A stretch of DNA of 64,000 nucleotides from Candidatus Binatia bacterium (GTDB lineage Bacteria > Desulfobacterota > Binatia > Bin18). Positions 48,099-58,125 of this stretch are shown in pieces. Below the pieces are notes generated by a model that saw only the letters and a list, made by a program, of their open reading frames with translations, did not search any database and was not told where the DNA came from. Position 1 is the stretch's first letter, and each line of letters opens with the position of its first letter. The stretch is taken from contig CAXXHG010000043.1 of the NCBI GenBank assembly GCA_963666315.2, positions 416,001-480,000 of the forward strand. Reading direction: 5' to 3'. Both the position numbers and the translations under genes were made by a program.

Positions 48099-49137
48099 TG
48101 CGCTGGGCGCGTTCGATGAGTTGCGGCACCTTCCACTCAAATTCGGCGGTCTTTGGGTTGGCAGCGGATCCTTCGAGATACAAACGATACAGCCCTTCTA
48201 GGATGACCGCGTACTTCCAGACCGCAAGGCAGTGGTAGAACGGAAAATGTTCCATGCTGCGTCCCGTTTGCCGCTCGTACCGAGCCGCCATCTCTTCGCG
48301 AGACAAAAAACCTGGTTGCTGGGTAATATAATTGCTGCCTATCGGATCGGCTTCGTTTTGCTCGTCTCCGGTTGGCCCCCAAAAGCTGAGCAGCCAACCC
48401 AAGTCGGTCAGCGGATCGCCCAGGGTGGCCATCTCCCAGTCGAATATCGCGACGAGCCGAGCGGGTGTCTGAGCCGAGAACATCACGTTATCGACTTTAT
48501 AATCGCCGTGGACGACGGTGGCTGCAGAGGCTGAGGGTAGGCGTTGCTGGAGCCAGTCGCCAACCTCTTTGAGTCCGGGCAATGAACGGGTATGGGGTAG
48601 GGTGAGTTCGCACTGCTTGGTCCAGCGTTTGAGCTGGCGTTCAAGATACCCCTGTGGTCTGCCAATACCCTCAAGATCCGTGCCTTGCCACTGGACCGCA
48701 TGCAATTCGGCCAGCGCATCAATCAGTTCCTCACCCAGTCGTTTTCGTTCTGCCGGCGGGTCGAAAATCTCGGGTAGGCTTTCACGGACCACTAAGCCCT
48801 CCGCGCGTTGCATGAGATAAAAGGGCACGCCGAGTACGTCTTGATCCTCACACGCAATAACCGGCTGTGGAGTGCGCACGTCCATAGACGCCAAGGCTGA
48901 CAGCACGCGGTATTCGCGTAACATATCGTGAGCCGTGGGCAGCAAATCGCCGCTGGGCGGACGCCGCAGGACCCAGCGTTGCTCTCCCCAGGAGACAAAA
49001 AATGTTTCATTTGAATAGCCGGCTTCGTGTCGTTCAATACTGATGTCGCCGATATCGCCTTTTTCGGGGGACAGCGTGTCGCGCAGAAAGCGAATGAGCT
49101 GTGGGAGGTGAATAAGCGAGCTTTTTTCTCGGGTCAT
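48079..49137 (-). CDS. APH-like phosphotransferase family protein
   Basis: GYSNETF, VLRRPP, AHDMLRE, HGDYKVDN, FDWEMATLGDP. Confidence 0.92.
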   Translation of the reverse strand: MTREKSSLIHLPQLIRFLRDTLSPEKGDIGDISIERHEAGYSNETFFVSWGEQRWVLRRPPSGDLLPTAHDMLREYRVLSALASMDVRTPQPVIACEDQDVLGVPFYLMQRAEGLVVRESLPEIFDPPAERKRLGEELIDALAELHAVQWQGTDLEGIGRPQGYLERQLKRWTKQCELTLPHTRSLPGLKEVGDWLQQRLPSASAATVVHGDYKVDNVMFSAQTPARLVAIFDWEMATLGDPLTDLGWLLSFWGPTGDEQNEADPIGSNYITQQPGFLSREEMAARYERQTGRSMEHFPFYHCLAVWKYAVILEGLYRLYLEGSAANPKTAEFEWKVPQLIERAQRIMAQAG

Positions 49138-49148
49138 AGGCTGTCTTT

Positions 49149-50500
49149 CTACTCCTCTTGGACTTGATACGCATCGTGCTGGCGTCTGCGGTCACTGATG
49201 CCCTCTTCAACAGTTCCAGCCGTAATGACTTCGTACAAAACGGCCTGTTTGCCTGCGCGTTTACGCAGAATGCGGCCCATGCGCTGGACGTGCTCGCGGA
49301 TTGATCCGGAGCCGGAAAGAACGATAGCCACGCTCGCATCCGGGACATTTATCCCTCATAGAGCACTTTAGAGGTGGCGAGTGCCAAATAATCACCTTGG
49401 TTAAAGGCTTCGAGGATGGCTTTTCTTTCCTTGGTGGCTGTTTGATGTGTGATCGCTGGGATCAAAAACGCTGCCGAAATTTCATACACGGTATCATTGT
49501 CGCTGGTGAAAATAATGGTCCGTTCCCTGGCATGTTTCTTTAACAAGAAATCCGGCGTTCGCAGCTTGGCCTGTGTTCCCAAGGCGAGTTTCTTGGCCCG
49601 TTGATGTGCGAGGAGCGCGCCGCGGCCCTTCCGACTCTTGACACTCTCACGAATAAACCAGTGCCAACCGGATAAGCCGTCCGATACAATGCCGTGGTCA
49701 ACAATGAAGTTATAAAAAGTTCCGCGTGCCGGCGGTATTCCTCTTCTTCTTCTGGAGTCAGCGTTACCTTGATCCGCTCGATCACGTAGTCGGCCAGATA
49801 TTCACCCGCAAGATCGGTGATGCCCTTGGTATAGACCTGCGGGCCGATGAGTTCGTCGAACAGCGCGTTCCGGGGTCGCAGTCAAACCCAGCCGATACGG
49901 CGCTAAACACCTCTCTGCCGCATGGCTATACACTTCGCCTGGCACGTGGTGGCATTCGTCAAAAATAATCAATCCCCAACGATTGCCCAGCCGATCCATA
50001 TGTCTATAGGCGCTATCATAGGTTGTGACGGTCAGGTCTTCGATTTTGTAATAGCCACCACCGATGAGTCCGATGGTCTTGTCAAACGCCGCACACATTA
50101 GGTTGTACCACTGATTCATCAAATCAATCGTTGGGGCAACCACGAGTGTACTGCGTTGGACTGTCTCTATCGCCTTTTGGCCGACGCAACTCTTACCGGC
50201 TCCGGTCGGCAGGATCACGACCCCGCGCCGGCCGGCTGTGTCCCAGGCCTCAAGAGCTTCGCTCTGAAACGGGCGTGGCGTCTGGGTTAAGCGGCTGGAC
50301 AATGTGAGCCTGCGATAGGCAGGCGCGGCGTTGGTATGGGGCTGTGCGGACTGTTTGAAGGCTGCAACGACCTGACGATAGTGGTGAGCTTGGGTACGCC
50401 AGCGATCAACGCGCGCATCCCACTGAAAGCAGGCCGGAGGAGTAAACCCTGCAGACGAATTGTACAGAACTAAAGTGCCAAGGTCGAACGACAGGCGCAT
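49149..50500 (-). pseudogene. XPB/SSL2-like SF2 helicase, fragmented
   Basis: [52 protein letters not shown] spread over four or more frames. Confidence 0.75.
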
Positions 50501-50507
50501 TGGAAGA

Positions 50508-50578
50508 GGGGTTGCGGGATAGGGGATAGGGGGGAACAGGGCTCCTACGCAACCCTCAGCTCCTAACCCGCAGCCCCC
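50508..50578. repeat. G-rich/C-rich heptamer hairpin, same family as 24495-24566
   Basis: GGGGTTG CGGGATA GGGGATA ... CTCCTAA CCCGCAG CCCC. Confidence 0.7.
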
Positions 50579-50582
50579 ATTT

Positions 50583-51794
50583 TTACACTATGTGCTTCTC
50601 ACGCAGCGCGGCAATTCTCTCCGTGCTGAAGCCGACGCTGCCCAGCACTTCCTCAGTGTGTTGCCCGAGCGACGGGGCAAAGGTGCGTATCGAGCCCGGC
50701 GTGTTCGATAGTTTGATGGCGATGCCGGCGTGGGTCACTTTTCCCGCTTGCGGGTGGTCTAGCTCAACCGCCATTTCTCGATGCTTCACCTGTGGGTCTT
50801 CAAAGACTTCGGGTACATCGTATACTTTGCCTACGCACACATCCGCTTTGGTGAAAAAGTCAAACCATTCGTCTCGCGTTTTGGTCAGTAAAATCTCCTG
50901 AAATTCCTGTTTCACCTGTTGATGTCGTTGGGTCGAGTGCCCGGAGAAATCGCCCATCTTCATGCCGCAGTCTTTCCAATCCGGCCGGTCGAGCACGTCG
51001 CACACATTATTCCACAGCCAAGGTTCGGTGCAGCCTATGGACAGCTGTTTGCCGTCCTTGGTGTTATAGACACTGTAATACGCATACCCACCGCCAAAGA
51101 CGCCTTTTGCCCGGCCCGGCATGGTGCCGTCTGCAAAATAATCACGCACGTTCGGCGTCGCGGCCAGCAGTGAGATGGTCGTGTCCAAATACGAGATATC
51201 GACCCATTGGCCTTTGCCCGTTTGCTGACGGGAAAACAGCGCATACATAATCCCGAGCGCGCCGTGCATCGAGGCCCCCGCGTAGTCGGCAATAATATTG
51301 AGCGGAATAGAGGGCGGGCCTTCGGACGGCCCAATCAAGTCCAGAACCCCACTCAAGGCGAGAAAGTTCAGGTCGTGGGCCGGAAAATCCCGGTACGGCC
51401 CGTCTTGGCCATAGCCGCTCAGCGAGCAATACACGAGACCGGGATTAATCTTGCTCAGTCTCTCGTAGTCACCGCCCAGCCGTTGCATCACTCCGGGCCG
51501 GAAGCCCTCGACCAAGACATCATATTCCTTGGCTAACGCATGCAGGACTTCTTGTCCGGCCGGATCTTTGAGATTCAGAGTCAGGCTTTTTTTATTGCGA
51601 TTGGTAAAGCTGGTGGCAATTTTATGCGCCTCCTCCGGCTGTGGAGAGGCACCGGAGCCCGCTAGTTTGCCCGTAGGCGGAGGCTCGATTTTCAGCACCT
51701 CAGCGCCCATATCCGCCAGCATCATGGTACAGAACGCGCCTGGTCCAACCCGTGTCAGCTCAAGAACTTTAATTCCGTCGAGTGCGAGTGCCAT
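50583..51794 (-). CDS. CaiB/BaiF family III CoA-transferase
   Basis: LDGIKVLEL, LADMGAEVLKIE, NRNKKS, EGFRPG, GYGQDGP, catalytic-Asp region IADYAG. Confidence 0.93.
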   Translation of the reverse strand: MALALDGIKVLELTRVGPGAFCTMMLADMGAEVLKIEPPPTGKLAGSGASPQPEEAHKIATSFTNRNKKSLTLNLKDPAGQEVLHALAKEYDVLVEGFRPGVMQRLGGDYERLSKINPGLVYCSLSGYGQDGPYRDFPAHDLNFLALSGVLDLIGPSEGPPSIPLNIIADYAGASMHGALGIMYALFSRQQTGKGQWVDISYLDTTISLLAATPNVRDYFADGTMPGRAKGVFGGGYAYYSVYNTKDGKQLSIGCTEPWLWNNVCDVLDRPDWKDCGMKMGDFSGHSTQRHQQVKQEFQEILLTKTRDEWFDFFTKADVCVGKVYDVPEVFEDPQVKHREMAVELDHPQAGKVTHAGIAIKLSNTPGSIRTFAPSLGQHTEEVLGSVGFSTERIAALREKHIV

Positions 51795-51984
51795 GCTTCC
51801 CTCCTTACGAGAACGAAGAGTGTCGTCGGGAATTGTTATAAACGATCCGCCCGTGACAGCGCTAGAGGTGTTTATGCATTCATGGCTTTTCCCCTGTATC
51901 GTTCAGTAGCCGAATTGTCGCACTCCTACCTATCTGCTAGCGTGTGGCTTCCTGATTACACCAACGACGTGAGGGATAAGGCTT

Positions 51985-53103
51985 GTGTCTCCGCAAGAGA
52001 AACTCCAAAAGATTCGGGAAGAACTGCAACGCAGTTTTCTCGAACGAACGGCACCCATTGACGGTGCGCTCGCCGCTCTGCTGGCGTCTCAGCACGTCCT
52101 CATTATCGGTCCACCTGGGACGGCCAAGTCGATGTTGGCCGACGAGCTGTGTCGACGCATCACCGGAGCGAGCTATTTCCAGTGGCTGCTGACCAAATTC
52201 ACCACGCCGGAAGAACTGTTTGGGGCGGTAAGCCTCAAAGCGCTCGAAGCCGACGACTATCGACGCGTGACGGACAACAAGCTGCCGGAGGCGCATGTTG
52301 CCTTCCTGGATGAGGTCTTTAAGTCGAGTTCGGCTATCTTGAATTCCATCCTCACGATTATTAATGAACGGCTGTTTCACAACGGACGTGAGGTTGTGCA
52401 CGTGCCTCTCCTGACGTTATTCGGTGCCAGTAATGAATTGCCCGAAGACGACGAACTTGTTGCGCTGTACGATCGTTTTTTACTGCGCTTTACCGTGGAT
52501 TACATTCAAGAGGATTTCCGCTTCCTGCATATGCTTCAGGCGCAAGAGCCGGCTGAACGTACGACCCTCAGCCTCGACGAGTTGCGCCAGCTTCAGACGG
52601 ATGTCCGAGCTGTCACCGTCTCTGGGACTATTCTTGGCGTGGTGGCCGATATTCGTCGCGAACTCAGGTCAAAGGATATCCTGGCGTCCGACCGTCGCTA
52701 TCGTCAGAGTATCGGCCTGATGCAAGCTCTGGCGTGTCTTGACGGACGTAGCGCTGTGGTTGAAGCCGATCTGTTTTTTCTTGAACATATCTTATGGAAG
52801 GATCCTTCCGAGCAGGCGGCGGTGCATACGGTCATCCATTGTATTATCCGCGGCTATGAGGATGAGGTACAGGAACTCTTATTCCAGACTCGAGAGTTGC
52901 GTGAGTATGCCGAGCGGTCTTGGGACGACGCCGAGCAGCACGCCCGAGCCGTGATCGAAGCACATACCAAGATCCGTAATATTCTGACGAAGGTGGAAGA
53001 GATTCACCACCACGCTCAGGAGGTCGGGCGGGTAACCGATAAGGTCGAGACCGTAAAACGAGAGATCCAAGAGATCCAAGGCCAGTTGCTGCAAAAGCTC
53101 TAA
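51985..53103 (+). CDS. RavA-like MoxR AAA+ ATPase
   Basis: GPPGTAKS, LLTKFTTPEELFG, FLDEVFK, ILNS.LT, ASNELP, ALYDRF, SDRR. Confidence 0.9.
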   Translation: MSPQEKLQKIREELQRSFLERTAPIDGALAALLASQHVLIIGPPGTAKSMLADELCRRITGASYFQWLLTKFTTPEELFGAVSLKALEADDYRRVTDNKLPEAHVAFLDEVFKSSSAILNSILTIINERLFHNGREVVHVPLLTLFGASNELPEDDELVALYDRFLLRFTVDYIQEDFRFLHMLQAQEPAERTTLSLDELRQLQTDVRAVTVSGTILGVVADIRRELRSKDILASDRRYRQSIGLMQALACLDGRSAVVEADLFFLEHILWKDPSEQAAVHTVIHCIIRGYEDEVQELLFQTRELREYAERSWDDAEQHARAVIEAHTKIRNILTKVEEIHHHAQEVGRVTDKVETVKREIQEIQGQLLQKL

Positions 53104-53125
53104 CCAAGCTCTCATATGGACGGCT

Positions 53126-54721
53126 ATGCCACGGCGCAGCTCCAAGAAGAAATCCCAGTTTGCTTTCCCCCCGCCAGAGCCTATTCCGGATAATGCGTGC
53201 TGGATTGAGAGCGATTCGTATGACCGCGCCGCCTATAAAAAGCTGCGCAGCGAATCTCCCTCGTTGCGCACGCTGGAGGAGAGTGGCGGAACCCTCCTGC
53301 CCCATTTTGATGCGCTGCTGCGTAATCTCTTTTGTGCGCTGTTTAAGTACAACGTCATTTTCTTTCAAGACACGGAAGTCTTGCCTAGTGCGGCCTTTAG
53401 CCGGGTGTTATTAACCACACTCCATACGGGCGAGCTGGCGCAACTGCTGCGCGAAGCAACCGTCCTGGATGAGGCAAAAGCCGGACTGGCAACCGTGCTG
53501 CTTGGAGAGGGGGCGCTGCGCTTACTCAAGTCTGAAAAAGCGCTCACACGTCGGGATTTGCTTGATGTCTGGAACGTGCAGCAGCAAGAGGAGCTGGTGC
53601 AAGAGAAAATCGACGAAGCCCAAAACGCAAAGGAATTAGCCGAACAATCTAACGGATCAGTGGACGTCTCAAAACAAGTCAAAGCACTGCTCGAACAAAC
53701 CGCTGCCAAAATGGCCAGCCAGGCGCGGACCGAAGAGACACGCCTACGACGTCAAGCCAAACAACTCAACGCAGATCTGTCTCGCGCCCAAAAAGAGACC
53801 CACAATCGCTTTCTCAAGGAAGTAATCGCCGTTACCCAAAATCTTGACGATGCAACCCAGGAAGCCGAATCCTGGAGTCTGGCCGTCGGCAGTGGACAGA
53901 ATTCTTCGCCTGGCCGCCAGATTGAACTCGGCAAACATTTGGCTGGCAACGCCAAACTCAAAAAGCTGGCCAAGCTGGTCGGGCGAATGAAACACCACGC
54001 GCTCGCCCTGCGGCGTAAGATTTTTGAGCGCAGGAATGATGAGGTCTTCGAAGTCGGTGTAGGGGCTGAACTGAGTCGCTTACTGCCGCACGAGTTACTG
54101 AGCCTGCAGCATCCCCTCTTACGGAAAGACTTCATCCGGCGTTTTGTGGATAATAAGCTTTTACAGTACGACTTGCGCGGGGTGGAGGAGAAGGGCAAAG
54201 GCCCGGTTATCGTGTGCTTAGACGGCAGCTCTTCGATGATGGGCGATAAAGAAATCTGGGCCAAGGCATTGACGTTAACGCTGTTAGAAATTGCCCGCCG
54301 GGAACGCCGCCTGTTTCGGTCGATTTGCTTTTCAGCCGCAAACGTCCCACTCCAGGTTGTCGATCTCAACCCGCGCGTTCGCTACGAGGCGGAAATAGAC
54401 AAAGTCATGCAACTGGCGGAGTATTTCCCCGGCGGTGGAACGGACTTTGAAAAACCGCTCGATGCCGCCCTGGCGTGTATCCAAGAGTCTCGTTTTAAAC
54501 GCGGCGATATCGTGTTTATTACGGATGGCGAATGCCGGGTGCACGATGACTGGGCCGAACGCTTTTGGGCGGAAAAGGAAGCACTGGGCTTTTCGCTCTT
54601 CTCTATTTTGATTGACGTTGGCACGAGCTCGCTCAATTCGCTCAAAGCCTTTAGCGATAAAATTACCAGCGTATCCCAGCTCACAAGCGAAGGGGTCAAA
54701 GATTTGTTTGTAAAGTTGTAG
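53126..54721 (+). CDS. ViaA-like VWA-domain protein
   Basis: RLLPHEL, KGPVIVCLDGSSSM, GGTDF, VFITDG; coupled to RavA-like gene. Confidence 0.9.
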   Translation: MPRRSSKKKSQFAFPPPEPIPDNACWIESDSYDRAAYKKLRSESPSLRTLEESGGTLLPHFDALLRNLFCALFKYNVIFFQDTEVLPSAAFSRVLLTTLHTGELAQLLREATVLDEAKAGLATVLLGEGALRLLKSEKALTRRDLLDVWNVQQQEELVQEKIDEAQNAKELAEQSNGSVDVSKQVKALLEQTAAKMASQARTEETRLRRQAKQLNADLSRAQKETHNRFLKEVIAVTQNLDDATQEAESWSLAVGSGQNSSPGRQIELGKHLAGNAKLKKLAKLVGRMKHHALALRRKIFERRNDEVFEVGVGAELSRLLPHELLSLQHPLLRKDFIRRFVDNKLLQYDLRGVEEKGKGPVIVCLDGSSSMMGDKEIWAKALTLTLLEIARRERRLFRSICFSAANVPLQVVDLNPRVRYEAEIDKVMQLAEYFPGGGTDFEKPLDAALACIQESRFKRGDIVFITDGECRVHDDWAERFWAEKEALGFSLFSILIDVGTSSLNSLKAFSDKITSVSQLTSEGVKDLFVKL

Positions 54722-54771
54722 CTCATAGACCTGAAAGGTCTACCCGAAAAAGCGTAAAGACTGCGATACAG

Positions 54772-55977
54772 ATGACTGTGCCATCAGCCCTGTCCGACCT
54801 CCGTGTCCTTGATTTGACCGACATTAAAGGAGCCCTGTGTGCCAAGCTTTTTGGGGATATGGGAGCGGACGTTCTCAAGATCGAGCCACCGGGTGGGGAC
54901 GTTATGCGTCGCATCGGTCCGTTTCTCAATGGCAAACCGCATCGGGAGCGCAGCCTCCTGTTTTGGTTTTACAATACGAGTAAACGCGCTATTACGCTCG
55001 ATCTAAATCAGACGGCTGGCCAGGAACTCTTCAAAAATATGGTTGTAAAAGCGGACATTGTAGTGGAATCCGCAGCTCCTGGGACACTCGCTCAGCTCGG
55101 CTTGGGCTATGACGATCTGAAGCGGATCAACCCGAACATCGTGCTTACCTCAATTACGCCGTTTGGCCAAACCGGACCGTATAAGGACTATCGTGCTTCA
55201 GACATAGTGGCCGAAGCCGTGGGTGGGATGATGTGGACCAATGGTTTCCCGGATGAGGCGCCGCTGCACGGAATGGGACTGCAGGCCTACCACAGTGCGT
55301 CTTTTTTTGCGGCTATTGGAACCATGTCCGCTCTGTGGGCGCGCGATGCCCTAGGCGAGGGCCAATGGGTTGATGTGAGTATGCAAGAAGCAGCCGCCGG
55401 AGCGGTGGAACACATAGCGCCGTTCTATCATCAGGGACTTGGCATTGAGAAACGTCAGGGCAGTCTGCATTGGAGCCGGTATTTCCGCGTGGCCAAATGC
55501 CGTGACGGCTATGTCATGCACTGTTCACTCGGCGATTGGACCTCGCTTGTCGAATGGGTGAAGGGCGACGGCAAAGCCCGCGACCTCGATGACGCGCACT
55601 GGGAAGACCTCACCTATCGAAAAGAAAACGCCGAACACTTGTTCGATATTCTTGATGACTGGGCGGCAGACTATAGTGTGGCGGAACTGATGGAGGGCGC
55701 GCAGTTACGGCGTATTCCGTATGCCATGGTCAGACCGCCCGAAGCCTTGGTGGATGATCCGCAATTGAACGACCGAGGCTTTTTCTCGGACGTTGAACAT
55801 CCAGAACTGAGTCAGTCGTTCCGTTACCCTGGCGGCCCAAGCCGTTTTAGCGCTACGCCGTGGCGCATCGCGCGCCGCCCACCGCTGCTCGGGGAGCATA
55901 ATAACGAGGTGTACAGCGGAGAACTGGGTCTGGCTTCAGGCCGGTTGGCGGAACTGGCGGAGTCGGGCGTGATCTAG
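54772..55977 (+). CDS. Family III CoA-transferase, BbsE-like subunit lacking the catalytic Asp
   Basis: LRVLDL, DMGADVLKIEPPGGD, NTSKR, FGQTGPY; QAYHSA where active members have AD. Confidence 0.88.
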   Translation: MTVPSALSDLRVLDLTDIKGALCAKLFGDMGADVLKIEPPGGDVMRRIGPFLNGKPHRERSLLFWFYNTSKRAITLDLNQTAGQELFKNMVVKADIVVESAAPGTLAQLGLGYDDLKRINPNIVLTSITPFGQTGPYKDYRASDIVAEAVGGMMWTNGFPDEAPLHGMGLQAYHSASFFAAIGTMSALWARDALGEGQWVDVSMQEAAAGAVEHIAPFYHQGLGIEKRQGSLHWSRYFRVAKCRDGYVMHCSLGDWTSLVEWVKGDGKARDLDDAHWEDLTYRKENAEHLFDILDDWAADYSVAELMEGAQLRRIPYAMVRPPEALVDDPQLNDRGFFSDVEHPELSQSFRYPGGPSRFSATPWRIARRPPLLGEHNNEVYSGELGLASGRLAELAESGVI

Positions 55978-56141
55978 CAAAACAGAAAAGAAATAAGGGA
56001 CGGGTAGGTAGGAGAACGAAGAGTCCTCATCTCAGCGGTACCCACGTGGGGTCTGTAGAGAAGGTGGCCCAGTCTGCTAGAATCGCTGCTCTGTTCCAAC
56101 TGGTGTTATAGTATCGTAAAGAGCGAAGGGAAAAGGCGGCC

Positions 56142-57047
56142 ATGAGTGAGCCCATTGTATTGACGACTAACATTGAAGGACTACCTCCAACGCGACGTGG
56201 GAAAGTTCGAGACATTTACGAGACTGACGGACATCTGCTGATCGTTGCAACAGACCGTGTTTCCGCCTTTGACGTCGTGTTGCATGAAGGTATTCCCGGA
56301 AAAGGGCGCGTCTTGACCCAAGTGTCACGTTTTTGGTTTGACCGCTTGGCCGACATCGTGCCGCATCATCTTCTTTCTGTTGATGTGGATGATTTCCCGG
56401 CTGTGTTTCAGCCGGCCCGGGACAGTCTGGCCGGCCGTTCGATGCTGGTGAAAAAGGCACAGCCATTGCCGGTCGAATGCATCGTGCGTGGTTATCTGGC
56501 CGGGTCCGGCTGGCAAGAGTATCGGGCGACCGGAGCGGTATGCGGCATCACACTGCCTGAAGGACTGCGCGAGAGCGAACGTCTGCCTGAGCCCATTTTC
56601 ACCCCATCAACCAAAGCCCCGGAAGGCGAGCACGACGAGAATATCTCTTTTGCCGAAGTCGAACGTTTGATCGGTGCGGATCTGGCGGTTCAAGTCCGAG
56701 ACGTGAGCCTGGCTTTGTATAACAGCGCGCATGCTTTTGCAGAGACCAAAGGCTTTTTCTTGGCTGATACAAAATTTGAGTTTGGTCTATGGAATGGCCA
56801 GCTCATCCTGATTGATGAAGCCTTTACCCCGGACTCGTCACGTTTCTGGCGTGCTGCCGTGTATCAGCCGGGTAAGCCGCAAGACAGCTACGACAAACAA
56901 ATTATTCGTAATTACCTGATTTCGCTAGGTTGGGACCGGAGACCGCCTGCGCCGCATTTACCCCAGGACATTATTGATCAGGCTGCTGCACGCTATCAAG
57001 AAATCTATAAGCAACTTACCGGCGAAGACGGCTCAGTAACCGGGTAA
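56142..57047 (+). CDS. purC: SAICAR synthetase
   Basis: GKVRDIY, TDRVSAFD, ECIVRGY, FTPSTK, DTKFEFG, TPDSSRFW, DKQ. Confidence 0.97.
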   Translation: MSEPIVLTTNIEGLPPTRRGKVRDIYETDGHLLIVATDRVSAFDVVLHEGIPGKGRVLTQVSRFWFDRLADIVPHHLLSVDVDDFPAVFQPARDSLAGRSMLVKKAQPLPVECIVRGYLAGSGWQEYRATGAVCGITLPEGLRESERLPEPIFTPSTKAPEGEHDENISFAEVERLIGADLAVQVRDVSLALYNSAHAFAETKGFFLADTKFEFGLWNGQLILIDEAFTPDSSRFWRAAVYQPGKPQDSYDKQIIRNYLISLGWDRRPPAPHLPQDIIDQAAARYQEIYKQLTGEDGSVTG

Positions 57048-57063
57048 GCGAAAGGGATACCGC

Positions 57064-58029
57064 ATGTCTGCGAGTCTTAGCCTTTGGGTCGGCTTTACTG
57101 TTATCGTTCTCGTTATTCTGATTCTTGACCTTGGAGTCTTTCATCGTCACGCTCACGAGGTCTCACGAAAAGAAGCCGGGCTGTGGTGTCTCTTATGGGT
57201 GAGCCTGGCGCTGTCATTTGATGGCTGGATCTATTATACCCAGGGGCCGGAACCCGCGCTTGAGTTTCTCGCCGGCTATCTTATTGAAAAATCGCTCAGC
57301 TTCGACAATATTTTTATCTTTCTATTGATCTTCTCTTATTTTTCCGTTCCTCGGATATACCAACACCGCGTCCTTTTTTGGGGGATCATAGGCGTACTCC
57401 TCATGCGCGGTATCTTTATCGCCGTGGGAGCGACGCTGCTGCATCACTTCCATTGGGTGATGTATATTTTTGGTGCGTTCTTGATTTTTACCGGTATCAA
57501 AATGCTCCTGTCAAAAGACACCGAAACCGACCCCGGCAATAACCCCGCAGTCAAGCTTCTGCGCCGCTTTATGCCGGTGACCGATGCGTATGAGGGCCAG
57601 CATTTCTTTGTCCGCAAAAACGGCAAACTGTTTGCCACCCCACTCTTTGTGGTCCTCATCACGGTTGAAAGCATGGACCTCATTTTTGCGGTGGACTCCA
57701 TTCCCGCCGTCTTTGCGGTGACCAAGGACCCGTTCATTGTCTATACCTCGAACGTCTTTGCCGCGCTCGGCTTGCGCGCCTTGTACTTCCTGATTGCCGG
57801 CGTGCTCGATCTGTTTGTTTACCTGCGCTACGGGCTTGGTGTTGTGCTCAGTTTCGTCGGCGTCAAAATGGCCTTGGTCGATGTGTATCAAATCTCGATT
57901 GGCCTTTCGTTAGGGGTTATTGCCGTCGTACTGACCATTACGATTGTCGCTTCTCTGCTTTTTCCACCTAAAGAGCCGGAATCGAATGGCTCTGCTCAGC
58001 CTGAAGAGGACGTTTCTGAAGTGGGATAG
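57064..58029 (+). CDS. TerC/Alx family membrane protein
   Basis: GYLIEKSLSFDN, QHRVLFWG, DLIFAVDSIPA, IVYTSN, GLRALYF. Confidence 0.93.
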   Translation: MSASLSLWVGFTVIVLVILILDLGVFHRHAHEVSRKEAGLWCLLWVSLALSFDGWIYYTQGPEPALEFLAGYLIEKSLSFDNIFIFLLIFSYFSVPRIYQHRVLFWGIIGVLLMRGIFIAVGATLLHHFHWVMYIFGAFLIFTGIKMLLSKDTETDPGNNPAVKLLRRFMPVTDAYEGQHFFVRKNGKLFATPLFVVLITVESMDLIFAVDSIPAVFAVTKDPFIVYTSNVFAALGLRALYFLIAGVLDLFVYLRYGLGVVLSFVGVKMALVDVYQISIGLSLGVIAVVLTITIVASLLFPPKEPESNGSAQPEEDVSEVG

Positions 58030-58125
58030 GCTATCTCAAGCAAGCGAATAGCCGTCCGTATCGGCCTAGTCAGGATGAGCCAGGGCTGGGCGGCGACTGA
58101 TCTTCAGCAATCTTTGAGGAAGAGC

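Noticed and set aside
45520-49137. Aminoglycoside resistance genes
   Set aside because: Motifs (VLRRPP, AHDMLRE, DWEMATLGDP) match ACAD10-like metabolic kinases, not APH(3')/(2'') enzymes.
55978-57063. yybP-ykoY Mn riboswitch expected upstream of terC/alx
   Set aside because: Only 16 bp separate purC and terC, and no recognisable motif upstream of purC by eye; an Infernal search would be decisive.
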